This document shows positions 18,055-26,949 of a stretch of DNA of 32,002 bases, piece after piece; within the stretch, counting starts at the first letter, position 1, and each line of letters starts with the position of its first letter. Source of the stretch: Chloroflexota bacterium (GTDB lineage: Bacteria; Chloroflexota; Limnocylindria; Limnocylindrales; CSP1-4); the NCBI GenBank assembly GCA_003169655.1, contig PNAZ01000058.1, positions 43,587 to 75,588 of the forward strand, written 5' to 3'. Position numbers and translations under genes: made by a program. The notes below the pieces were generated by a model, which was given only the letters and a program-made list of their open reading frames with translations, was not told the DNA's origin and ran no database searches.

Positions 18055-18918
18055 GTGACACGACTACCGGGGAAGATCAGCGAGCGAGTCTACGGGGACT
18101 TCCTGATGTCCTCGCGCCTCGCCGTGTACCGGGCGCTGCTGGAGACGGCCCTCGAGGCAGGCTACAAGGTGGTCTCGATCGAGGGCTTCTGGGCATTGAT
18201 CAGGGGCAGCATCGTTGACCCGGCTAGCCGCTACATGGTCCTTCGCAACGACATCGATACTGGTCCGAAGACCGCCCGGGCGATGTGGCGGATCGAGCGC
18301 TCGCTGGGGATTGTGAGCTCCTACTTCTTCCGGCTTTCCAGCCTGGACCTGGCCCTGATGGCTGACATCGGCAGCGCCGGTGGCGAGGCCAGCTATCACT
18401 ACGAGGAGCTCGCCACGGTCGCCAAGGGACGGCACCTTCGGACCCCAGCCGAGGCGCTCAGATATCTGCCCGAGGCCCAGGACCTCTTTCGCCTCAACCT
18501 CGACCGACTCCGCGTGTCGAGCGGCCAGCCAATCCGGATCGTCGCCTCACACGGCGATTTCGTGAACCGCAAGCTCGGGCTCACGAACTGGTTGATCCTC
18601 GTAGACCAGCCCTTCCGGGCCGAGGTCGGAATCGAGCTCGAGACGTACGATGCGGCCTTCATGGATCACGTCACCAGCCGCCATGCGGATCTCACCAACC
18701 CGCCGTATTGGACCCCAGCCGACCCCCTGTTGGCCATCGAGCGGGGCGAACCCGTGATCTACGTCCTCGTCCATCCCCGGGGCTGGCAGGTGGAACGCGG
18801 CCTCAACGCGCGGGATGATCTGGTCCGCGGCTGGCAGAGCCTGTGGTATGCGCTCCCGGGTCGGCGGCGCAGACGCGGTTCAAACGCATCGGCGGCGGCC
18901 AAGGTCGGGCGCCAGTGA
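18055..18918 (+). CDS. Polysaccharide deacetylase-fold hypothetical protein
   Basis: Probable start GTG 18055 after AGGGAG. YMVLRNDIDT, SSYFFRL, SYHYEEL, ASHGDFVN and VLVHPRGW resemble the LRHDxD class of EPS-associated CE4-like proteins. Confidence 0.7.
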   Translation: MTRLPGKISERVYGDFLMSSRLAVYRALLETALEAGYKVVSIEGFWALIRGSIVDPASRYMVLRNDIDTGPKTARAMWRIERSLGIVSSYFFRLSSLDLALMADIGSAGGEASYHYEELATVAKGRHLRTPAEALRYLPEAQDLFRLNLDRLRVSSGQPIRIVASHGDFVNRKLGLTNWLILVDQPFRAEVGIELETYDAAFMDHVTSRHADLTNPPYWTPADPLLAIERGEPVIYVLVHPRGWQVERGLNARDDLVRGWQSLWYALPGRRRRRGSNASAAAKVGRQ

Positions 18919-18955
18919 CCAGGCGCCTCAACCCTCGGCGGGCGGCCGGGTCACG

Positions 18956-20299
18956 ATGAGTCGAGTCATCGTCCGGACCCTGGTGATCGCGGCGGCACTT
19001 GCCTACGTCCTGTCAATCCAGTGGTCGTACTCCGCGATCATTGCTCCGGCATTCAGCTACAACGGCTCGGTCTACCGACCCGCCGGCGACGGTTCGCTGG
19101 TGTTCGCCTTCGCGGTCAGCATCCTGCCGGCGATCTGGTTGCCGATCAAGGTCTCGCGACCGTCGCAGGTCACGTTGTGGGTCCTGTTCATCCTGGGCTA
19201 CGTGCCCAGCATTCTGATCCCGTACTTCGTGCTGGGCACGGGCTTCCAGGGTGTCCTCCCGCTGACCCTGGCGATCGTCGGGTCCTTCAGCCTGCTATCG
19301 ATCATGGTCTGGATCCGATCCGGGGTCACCTATTCGCCTGCAATCACGATGGCGACCTACGAGAATCTGATCCTGGGCTTGGCGATCCTTCTTGGCGGCT
19401 ACACGATCCTGGCCTTCGGCATCAACCTCAACCTGCCGGCATTGGCGAATGTATACGACGTTCGCTCGACGTTCGACCAGGCTGTCATCAACACCAATGT
19501 GCCGTTTGCCGCCTATGCGCTCGACTGGAGCATGTACGTCGTCAATCCCCTCCTCATGCTCGTCGGGCTCCGATCAAATCGTCTTGGGATCTTCGCCACC
19601 GGCCTGGCGATCGAATTGCTCGTATACGGCACGACCGGGTACAAGAGCGCCCTGCTGTCGGTCCTCCTGCTGGCGCCGCTGCTCGTCCTGTTGACCAGGC
19701 GGCTCCGGCCCGTCTTTGGCGCCAGCCTTGTCACCGGCTCGGTGATCATGGTGCTCGGCTCGGCGCTCTGGGATCAGGCGAATGACACGATCCTCGCCAC
19801 CTCGTTGTTCGTCCGGCGGCTGATCAGCGTCCCGGGCCAGCTGATGGCCGATTACTTCGACTTCTTCTCTCAGCATCGAACCTACGGCTTGAGCGCCAGC
19901 TTCCTCGCTTTTCTCGGTCCCGCGCCCTATGACCTGGCTCCGCCCTATCTCATCGGCGCCGTATATTTCAAGGCCCCGGCCGAGGACGCCAACGCGAACA
20001 TCTGGGCCGACGCGTTCGCCAACTTCGGGTTTGCCGGCATCTTCGCGTTCACCATCATCCTCGGCCTTGTCCTGATCGTCCTCGATAGCGCCGGGTCGGG
20101 CCGAGACCTGCGGATCACCGGCGCCATGGGCGGCCTGATGGCGATCGCGCTCTCCAATTCAGCCCTCCAGACGACGATCGTGACCCATGGCCTGGGCCTG
20201 GCGATCGTGCTGATCTTCCTGATGCCGCGGGACCCGGATCCGGCTCCCGTCCAGGACGTTAGCTGGCCAAACGCGGTCATCAGCGACGATTCTTCCTGA
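18956..20299 (+). CDS. wzy: Polysaccharide polymerase (Wzy)-like polytopic membrane protein
   Basis: About 11-12 TM segments; NVYDVRS loop, GYKSAL, FVRRLISVPG, ANANIWADAFANFGFAG; cluster context. ATG 18956 is preferred. Confidence 0.75.
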   Translation: MSRVIVRTLVIAAALAYVLSIQWSYSAIIAPAFSYNGSVYRPAGDGSLVFAFAVSILPAIWLPIKVSRPSQVTLWVLFILGYVPSILIPYFVLGTGFQGVLPLTLAIVGSFSLLSIMVWIRSGVTYSPAITMATYENLILGLAILLGGYTILAFGINLNLPALANVYDVRSTFDQAVINTNVPFAAYALDWSMYVVNPLLMLVGLRSNRLGIFATGLAIELLVYGTTGYKSALLSVLLLAPLLVLLTRRLRPVFGASLVTGSVIMVLGSALWDQANDTILATSLFVRRLISVPGQLMADYFDFFSQHRTYGLSASFLAFLGPAPYDLAPPYLIGAVYFKAPAEDANANIWADAFANFGFAGIFAFTIILGLVLIVLDSAGSGRDLRITGAMGGLMAIALSNSALQTTIVTHGLGLAIVLIFLMPRDPDPAPVQDVSWPNAVISDDSS

Positions 20300-20328
20300 G
20301 CACCTGGCGGGCGACTTCACGGGCCCAG

Positions 20329-21279
20329 CTACCAGCTGTTGCCGCCCCCGTCGACCATCGGGCTGTTGATGATCGGGGGTCCAGATGTCGTCACGTGCAT
20401 GTTCCTGACGATGCCGGCAGGGCCCTCTGAGTCGAACGAGGAGTAGGAGACCCCGCTGATCGTCCAGCCTTCGATGTCGACTGCTGTCGCGTCGAGGCGG
20501 CCAACGAAGGCCCAGCGGCCGCCCTTGACCGTCCAGCGCAAGGCCGTCACTCCGTCCGCCTGGGGCGCGTGTTCGAGCTGCAAACCATTGACCGTAGGCG
20601 AGGTCCCGGTGTTACCGACGTCCCAGTCGTCGAAGGTCAGGTCGCTGGCGCGATGGATCCCATCCGAGGAAACGTACGCCGCCCAGGCCTGCTGGCCGTT
20701 TGTCGTCGGTGCGGTCGTGCCGCGCACCGTGAAGCCGTTGAAGGCCATATGGCTGGCCCAGGCGGTGCTGATCAGGCCGGTCTGGCCGATCGTGTAGTTC
20801 GTGATCTGGAACGGGCCCTGAAATGTAATGTGCGAGGTGTAGCCCGACCAGCCCGGGTACAAGAGACCCTCCTGGGTCGTGCCGCCGGTGTCGTCGAAGA
20901 CCACCGTGCCCCCCGCCGCCGGTCGGATCGTGAGCGGCCGGGCGGTGCGGTCGATGTCAATCGACAGATGCCAACCCTGATAGGTGCCCGGCGTCATCTC
21001 GATCACGTCGATCGACATGTCCTTCATCAGCTCCAGGAACGCGGCCTGGCTGCCGCCGAGCGGGAAGGCGGCGATCTTCTCGCCGGAGATCGCCGGGGTC
21101 GGCGTCGGGGTTGGGACGGGGGATCTGGCCGGCGCTGCCTCCGGGGTCGGGTTGGAAAGCAGCGCGAAGCCGATCAGGGCCAGAACAGCCGGAGCCAGCC
21201 AGATCGCCCGCCGGTTGCTACCAGAGCTCGGGGACGACTGGCCGGGACCGGCTGATTCAGGCGAGGATTCAGGGGCGAC
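20329..21279 (-). CDS. Exported probable beta-helix protein, paralog P1 (short form); start codon unresolved
   Basis: The frame stays open upstream of the tracked ATG 21027 up to TAG 21289-21291, encoding RRAIWLAPAVLALIGFALLS (TM/signal), a PTPTPTP linker and IAAFPLGGSQAAFLEL, homologous to P2-P4. That stretch has no ATG, GTG or TTG. Confidence 0.75.
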   Translation of the reverse strand, partial: VAPESSPESAGPGQSSPSSGSNRRAIWLAPAVLALIGFALLSNPTPEAAPARSPVPTPTPTPAISGEKIAAFPLGGSQAAFLELMKDMSIDVIEMTPGTYQGWHLSIDIDRTARPLTIRPAAGGTVVFDDTGGTTQEGLLYPGWSGYTSHITFQGPFQITNYTIGQTGLISTAWASHMAFNGFTVRGTTAPTTNGQQAWAAYVSSDGIHRASDLTFDDWDVGNTGTSPTVNGLQLEHAPQADGVTALRWTVKGGRWAFVGRLDATAVDIEGWTISGVSYSSFDSEGPAGIVRNMHVTTSGPPIINSPMVDGGGNSW

Positions 21280-21380
21280 GGTCGGATTCTAGACGATGAC
21301 CGACGGTCGCGTTGTCGAGCTGGAGCCTCGGCGGCAAGGGCCCACCGTGGGCCGGCAAGCCCTTGCCTCGAGATCCCGAG

Positions 21381-22934
21381 CTACCAGATATTGCCCGTGC
21401 CGTTGACCATCGGACTGTCGATGATCGGGGGGCCTGAGTTGATCGCGTGCATGTTCTTGACGATCCCGGCCGGACCCTCGAAGTCGAACGACGAGTAGTT
21501 CGCGCCGGTGATCGTCCAGCCCTCGATATCGACGCCGGTACCGCCCACGCGGCCAACGGCTCCCCAGCGGCCGCCTGTGACGATCCAGCGCAACGCAGTC
21601 ACTCCATTCGCTTGCGGACCGTGCTCCATCTGGAAGCCGTTGACCGTCGGGCTGGTGCCCGTGTTATCGACGTTCCAGTCGTTGGCCGTGATGCGTGCGC
21701 CGCTGTGGACACCGTCCGAGCTGATGTACAGGGCCCAGGCGGTCTGGCCATTGGTCGTCGGCGCCGTAGTGCCGCGCACGGTGAAGCCGTTGAAGGTCAT
21801 GTCAGCGACCCAGGCGGTGCTGATCAGGCCGGTCTGGCCAATGCTGAAGTTGGTGATCTGGAAAGGACCCTGGAAGGTGATGTGCGAGGTGAAGCTGGAC
21901 CAGCCCGGATAGAAGAGCCCGTCGCCCGCGCCGGCATTCCCGTTCCAGGTCACCGTTGAGCCCGGTACCGGTTCAATCAATAGCGGGCGAGCCGTGCGAT
22001 CGACATTGATCGCCACGTCATGCCAGCCGGTGTAGGTGCCGCCGGTCATCTCGATCACGTCGATGGTCATGTCTTTGGTCAGCGCCGCGAACTGAGCTGA
22101 TGTGCCATTGAGCGGGAAGACGACAACCTTCGCGCCCGGTGCCATTGGTGGCGGCGTCGAGGTCGGCGCGGACGTTGGAGCTGGAGTCGGAGTCGGCGTT
22201 GGAGTCCCCGTTGGAGTCGGGTCGACCGTTGGAGCCGGCGTAGGCGTCGGCGTCGAGGTTGGCGTCGGCGTTGGTCCGTTGGTCGGATCTGGCGTCGGCG
22301 TCGAGTCCGGCGGCTGGCTCGCCGTCACGCCCGGCAGGAACCGGGCACGGAAGTCCGACATCGCGGCCTGAGAGCCCGAGATCACGACGGCATCGATCGA
22401 GACGTAGGGGTGGCCCGGCGTGCCGACGACCTGGATCTTGAGGATATGGCGGTCGCCGGCTGGCCCGGCTGCGAAGACGACCCGCTGGGCACGGAAGACG
22501 TTGCCATGGGTAGACACGGTGGTCGTCGTCCCGTCGAGGGTCACCCGGAAGGCACCGGCTCCGCGGCCGGTCGGCGCGAGGATCTTGAGATACGAGCCGT
22601 AGTAGACAAGCGTGGCGCTCGCCCCGGCCTTGCCACTGACATGGACCGAGTCGCCTGAGGCGGACCCGTTGCTCTGGACCTTCCAGCCCGAGCTCCACAC
22701 GAGATGCGAATCGGTGTCCTGCAGGACCAGCTGACTGGAGCTCGAGCTCGTCAGCAGGTTACTCGGCTGGCTCAGCACCCTGCCCAGGCCCGCGCCACCG
22801 ACGGCGAGCAGGGCAAGGACGAGCAACCAGGCCATGGGCTGCGATGAACGGGGTGTGCGGGCGAGCTCTCGACGAACAGCTGCGTTCGGGTCGGGTCTGG
22901 TTGGAGTGCTCGCACCAGGGACGTGGTCCGACAA
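21381..22934 (-). CDS. Exported probable beta-helix protein, paralog P2 (TM + CBM-like beta-sandwich + PT linker + conserved domain)
   Basis: TTG 22934 preceded by GAGGAG. WLLVLALLAVGGAGLG TM, DTDSHLVWSSGW...HPYVSIDAVVI module, Pro/Thr linker and the shared C-terminal domain ending PMVNGTGNIW. Confidence 0.85.
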   Translation of the reverse strand: MSDHVPGASTPTRPDPNAAVRRELARTPRSSQPMAWLLVLALLAVGGAGLGRVLSQPSNLLTSSSSSQLVLQDTDSHLVWSSGWKVQSNGSASGDSVHVSGKAGASATLVYYGSYLKILAPTGRGAGAFRVTLDGTTTTVSTHGNVFRAQRVVFAAGPAGDRHILKIQVVGTPGHPYVSIDAVVISGSQAAMSDFRARFLPGVTASQPPDSTPTPDPTNGPTPTPTSTPTPTPAPTVDPTPTGTPTPTPTPAPTSAPTSTPPPMAPGAKVVVFPLNGTSAQFAALTKDMTIDVIEMTGGTYTGWHDVAINVDRTARPLLIEPVPGSTVTWNGNAGAGDGLFYPGWSSFTSHITFQGPFQITNFSIGQTGLISTAWVADMTFNGFTVRGTTAPTTNGQTAWALYISSDGVHSGARITANDWNVDNTGTSPTVNGFQMEHGPQANGVTALRWIVTGGRWGAVGRVGGTGVDIEGWTITGANYSSFDFEGPAGIVKNMHAINSGPPIIDSPMVNGTGNIW

Positions 22935-23069
22935 TTGGTCGCTCCTCTTCCACGGGACAAGTGCCCCCGCAGCGTAGGAGTGCCAATCGGTAATCAGACC
23001 CGTGACCAAGGGGCCAATCCGGCCCGGAATCCGTGGCCCCATGGTCATGGGCGTGCAGTCGGGTGGGGT

Positions 23070-23093
23070 AAATGGTGCCAGTTGGCACCATTT
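23070..23093. promoter_or_regulatory. Perfect 11-2-11 palindrome, candidate transcription-factor operator
   Basis: AAATGGTGCCA-GT-TGGCACCATTT in the divergent intergenic region between P2 and the GT4 operon. Confidence 0.6.
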
Positions 23094-23180
23094 GGACACT
23101 ATTTGTGTGGTCGTTCACCCGTGCGAACGGGCTCAATCATCCCCGGAGATCGAGCCGGGACGCCGCGCGACGACCGACTG

Positions 23181-23186
23181 TATAGT
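23181..23186 (+). promoter_or_regulatory. Putative -10 element TATAGT for the GT4-degT-GT4 operon
   Basis: Near-consensus hexamer about 55 nt upstream of the GAGGAG RBS (23241-23246). Confidence 0.45.
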
Positions 23187-23254
23187 CCGGCGACGGGCGC
23201 TGGGGCCAGGCGAGCCCGGCCCCCTGCAATCCCCGGAATCGAGGAGCGATCCGT

Positions 23255-24520
23255 CTGAGCAAGAATGAAGCCCGCCCGTCGCCGAGCCCGGGCGCTCGTC
23301 CGTTCGTCGTCTGGTTCGTCAATCAATACGCGGGCTCTCCGGTTCATGGGATGGAGTTCCGGCACTACGAGCTCGGTCGGGAGCTCGTGGCTCAAGGCCT
23401 GACGGTCGTGGTCATCTCCGGGTCGTACTCCCACCTGTTCAGCCATCAGCCGACGGCCGCCGGGACCTACACGGTCGAACAGGTTGGCGGCCTGACCTAT
23501 TGCTGGGTCAAGGTGCCGGGGTATCGGCGGGCGATGAGCATCGGCCGGATCTTCAACATGGTGGCGTTCATGCTCCGCCTCTTTCGACTGCCCACAGGTC
23601 GCCTGCCGGCACCAGATGCCATCGTGGTTTCGTCCCCCTCGCTCTTTCCGATCCTGCCCGCGCAGCGCTGGGCGCGACGCTATCGCAGCCGCTTGATCTT
23701 CGAGGTCCGGGACATCTGGCCGCTCACCTTGCAGGAGCTGGGAGGACTGTCGAGCCGACATCCGCTCGTCGCCGCGATGAGCTGGTTCGAGGCGAGGGCC
23801 TACCGAGTCGCCGATGCCGTCGTGTCGGTCCTCCCGGCGGCCGGCGCCCACTTCATGGCCAACGGAATGGCGGCCGCCAAGCTGAGCATCATTCCGAATG
23901 GCGTCAGCCCGGATGCCCTGCTGGAGCCGGCTTCGAAGATTCCGGCCAACGTTCGCGGGGCAACCGCTGGCAGCCAGTTCACCGTCGGGTTCGTCGGAAC
24001 GCTCGGAGTCGCCAATTCCCTTGATGCGCTGATCGAGAGCGCCCGGCTCCTGGCGAATGAGGAGATCCGGTTCGTGATCGTGGGTCAAGGATCGGAGGAG
24101 GCGCACCTCAAACGCCTGGCGGCTGGCTTGCCCAACGTCGCCTTCGCCGGCGCGGTCGCCAAGTCTGACGTCCCGGCGACCCTGCGCCAGTTCGACGTCT
24201 GCTACGTCGGCTATCACCGCAGTCCCTTGTATCGCTTCGGCATTTCGCCGAACAAGGTGTACGACTACATGGCGGCCTCCCGACCGATCATCATGGCGGC
24301 GGAAGCGGCCAACGATGTCGTGGCCGACGCCGACTGCGGGTTGACGGTGCCGCCCGATGACCCGGTCGCGCTGGCGGCAGCCATCCGGTCCATCCGGGCG
24401 CTCTCGGCGTCGCGCCGAGCCAGCCTGGGTGCCAACGCTCGGGCGGCCGTTGAACGCGAGTACACGTACGCCAGCCTCGCTCGGCGATACCTGTCGATCC
24501 TGACCGGAACCGATCGTTGA
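23255..24520 (+). CDS. Glycosyltransferase family 4 (WbuB-like), probable CTG start
   Basis: FEVRDIWP, FVGTLGVANSLD, FGISPNKVYDYMAASRPII. The family N-terminal strand VWFVNQYAGSPVHGMEFRHY lies in frame upstream of ATG 23351. CTG 23255 is 8 nt after GAGGAG. Confidence 0.9.
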   Translation: MSKNEARPSPSPGARPFVVWFVNQYAGSPVHGMEFRHYELGRELVAQGLTVVVISGSYSHLFSHQPTAAGTYTVEQVGGLTYCWVKVPGYRRAMSIGRIFNMVAFMLRLFRLPTGRLPAPDAIVVSSPSLFPILPAQRWARRYRSRLIFEVRDIWPLTLQELGGLSSRHPLVAAMSWFEARAYRVADAVVSVLPAAGAHFMANGMAAAKLSIIPNGVSPDALLEPASKIPANVRGATAGSQFTVGFVGTLGVANSLDALIESARLLANEEIRFVIVGQGSEEAHLKRLAAGLPNVAFAGAVAKSDVPATLRQFDVCYVGYHRSPLYRFGISPNKVYDYMAASRPIIMAAEAANDVVADADCGLTVPPDDPVALAAAIRSIRALSASRRASLGANARAAVEREYTYASLARRYLSILTGTDR

Positions 24521-25683
24521 CCGTCGGCGGCCGTGATCTGTTTCGGGCGAGGATCGGCGAGGCAATCGGCGTCTCGCCGTCGCGGGTGTCCCTCTTCGCC
24601 AAGGGTCGTGTCGCGCTGTACGCGATTCTCAAGGCCCTTGATATCGGCCCCGGCGACGAGGTGATCCTGCCCGCCTTCACCTGCGTCGCGGTTCCCAACG
24701 CGATCCTGTACTCGGGTGCCCGCCCGATCTACGTCGACATTGACCCGCTGACCTATACGATCGACACGGCCGCTGCTGAGGCGGCGATCACCCCCCGGAC
24801 ACGGGCGATCCTGGCCCAGAACACGTTCGGCCTGTCATCCGACCTGGATGCCCTCGGCGCCATCGCCGCCCGGACCGATGTGCAGATCATCGATGACTGC
24901 ACCCACGGGCTTGGTGGCCAGTACCACGGCCGACCGAATGGCTCGATCGCCCCCGCGTCATTTTTCTCGACCCAGTGGAGCAAGACCATCTCGACCGGCT
25001 TGGGCGGGTTCGCGATCGCCCGCGACGACGCCCTGGCCGTGCGCCTCCGGGAGCTCGAGGAGACCGCCGCCGAGCCGACGACGATGAGCGTTGCACTGCT
25101 CCGCGTGCTGCTCTTCGGGCTGGAGCATGGCGGTCACGGGGTCGTGTTCCGCAACGGCCGGGCGCTCTATCGGCGCTTGAGTCGGATCGGTGTCGTCCCG
25201 AGCTCCTCGAGCCGCGATGAGCTTGAAGGCGTGACCATGCCCAAGGGGTTCATGGCCCGCCTGTCGCCCTCCCAGGCGCGCAGCGGCGTGGCCCGGATCG
25301 GGCACCTGGCCGGCCAGGTCAGGCGACGGCGTGCGATCGCCGAACGCTACAGCGGGTGGCTCTCGGGACACGGCCTGACCGCTGCTGCCGAGCCGGCTGG
25401 GTTCGTCCACGCCTACCTGCGCTACCCCCTTCGGGTGAGCGATCGACCGGATTTCGTCTCGGCGGCGGGGCGGGCGGGCGTTGACCTGGGCGACTGGTTC
25501 GTCTCGCCGATCCATCCCGTGGTTGGGGATTTCGAGCGCTGGCAATATCATCCCGGCTCGGCGCCGATTGCCGATCGGACGTGCCTGGAGATCGTGAACC
25601 TGCCGACCAACCCGTCAATGTCCGACCGGGACGTCGAGCGGGTGATTGCCTTCCTCGGCCAGCAGGTCGCCAGCATCCAGTGA
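24517..25683 (+). CDS. Divergent DegT/DnrJ-family PLP-dependent enzyme
   Basis: GRVALYAIL, GDEVILPAFTC, IIDDCTHGLG, FFSTQWSKTISTGLGG (lysine retained) and IVNLPT. TTGA overlap with the upstream gene. Confidence 0.88.
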   Translation: MTVGGRDLFRARIGEAIGVSPSRVSLFAKGRVALYAILKALDIGPGDEVILPAFTCVAVPNAILYSGARPIYVDIDPLTYTIDTAAAEAAITPRTRAILAQNTFGLSSDLDALGAIAARTDVQIIDDCTHGLGGQYHGRPNGSIAPASFFSTQWSKTISTGLGGFAIARDDALAVRLRELEETAAEPTTMSVALLRVLLFGLEHGGHGVVFRNGRALYRRLSRIGVVPSSSSRDELEGVTMPKGFMARLSPSQARSGVARIGHLAGQVRRRRAIAERYSGWLSGHGLTAAAEPAGFVHAYLRYPLRVSDRPDFVSAAGRAGVDLGDWFVSPIHPVVGDFERWQYHPGSAPIADRTCLEIVNLPTNPSMSDRDVERVIAFLGQQVASIQ

Positions 25684-26930
25684 GCGACCAAGGCACCCGC
25701 GGGCTGCGGATCGCGATGGCGCTGTACGGCGCCATCACCTACGACAGCCGCGTGCAGCGCGAAGCCGAGGCGCTCGCCCAGGCGGGCCACACCGTCACGA
25801 TCTACTGCATCTCGGGCACGCCGCCGGAAGGTGCCCGATATCGGACGGTCGTCGGGGTACCCAGCGGATCCTCGGTGCTGCCCGACGGCAGCAGCCCATT
25901 TCTCGGTGCGTCGCGATCCTCGAGATGGGCGCGGATGACCGGCCGGTTCAAGTGGATCGTGGGCTTCGCCCGAAACATCCGGGCCTGGGGTCGCTGGGCA
26001 GTCGCGGCGGCGGGCGAGGTCGATGTCTGGCACGTCCACGACCTGACCGGGCTGATGGCAATCGGGCCAGTGCGGGCGAAGGGATCGCTGCTGGTCTACG
26101 ACAGTCACGAGATCTTCCTCGAAGCCGGAACCGCCGCCCGCCTGCCGGGCTTCCTGCGACGCCTGCTGGGCCTGGTCGAGCGGCGGCTGTCGCGACGAGC
26201 TGTGGCTCTCGTGACCGTCAACGATCCAATCGCCGAGATCCTGGCTCGGCGCCTTCGACCGCGGCGGACGGTGGTAATCCGCAACTGCCCGCCGAGGTGG
26301 GATCCGCCCGTGCCCCGCCCGGACCTGATCCGCGCCGCGACCGCGATCCCGGCCGACGCGCCGATCGCCCTGTATCACGGCGATTTCTCGGCCCATCGGG
26401 GCCTTGAGGAGCTGGCGGCTGTCATCCTGCTGCCCGGCTTCGAGAACCTCCACGCGGTCTACCTGGGACGCGGGCCGGAATGGGCCATGCTCGAGCGAAT
26501 GGCCCTCGATCCCGTCTACGCCGGCCGGCTGCATCTCCTGGCCGCCGTTGGCCCCGACGAGCTCCTGCCGTGGGTCAGCTCCGCCGACATTGGCGTCATC
26601 CTGATCCAGGCATCCACCCGCAATCACCGGCTGGCGACCCCCAACAAGCTCTTCGAGGCCCTGGCTGCGGGCCTGCCGGTCATCGCCAGCGACTTTCCCG
26701 GAATGCACCAGATCGTCCTCGACGATCCGCTGAGCCCCCTTGGCGCGGTCTGCCGCCCTGATGACCTTGACGCCGTCGCCCGCGCCATGGCCACGATCGT
26801 CGAGCTGTCACCCGTCGACCGCGACGCGATGCGCCAGCGCTGCCTGCAGGCGGCGCACGAGCGCTGGAACTGGGAGACCGAGTCGGCTCGACTCGTCGAC
26901 CTGTACGCCGGGATCCGCGCCGCCAGCTGA
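25680..26930 (+). CDS. Glycosyltransferase family 4
   Basis: GTG 25680 (GTGA overlap). DSRVQREAEAL, HVHDL, VYDSHE, YHGDFSAHRGLE, PNKLFEALAAGLPVIASD and WNWE. Confidence 0.92.
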   Translation: MSDQGTRGLRIAMALYGAITYDSRVQREAEALAQAGHTVTIYCISGTPPEGARYRTVVGVPSGSSVLPDGSSPFLGASRSSRWARMTGRFKWIVGFARNIRAWGRWAVAAAGEVDVWHVHDLTGLMAIGPVRAKGSLLVYDSHEIFLEAGTAARLPGFLRRLLGLVERRLSRRAVALVTVNDPIAEILARRLRPRRTVVIRNCPPRWDPPVPRPDLIRAATAIPADAPIALYHGDFSAHRGLEELAAVILLPGFENLHAVYLGRGPEWAMLERMALDPVYAGRLHLLAAVGPDELLPWVSSADIGVILIQASTRNHRLATPNKLFEALAAGLPVIASDFPGMHQIVLDDPLSPLGAVCRPDDLDAVARAMATIVELSPVDRDAMRQRCLQAAHERWNWETESARLVDLYAGIRAAS

Positions 26931-26949
26931 AAAACGCCACGGCCGCGAT

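Noticed and set aside
21289-21291. Stop-codon readthrough (pyrrolysine) at the TAG upstream of P1
   Set aside because: The upstream peptide from GTG 21345 shows no homology to the paralogs, no pyl genes are seen, and the TAG fits a -10 box.
23082-23100. Sigma-54 promoter (TGGCAC)
   Set aside because: No GC at the required GG-N10-GC spacing on either strand; better explained as a palindrome.
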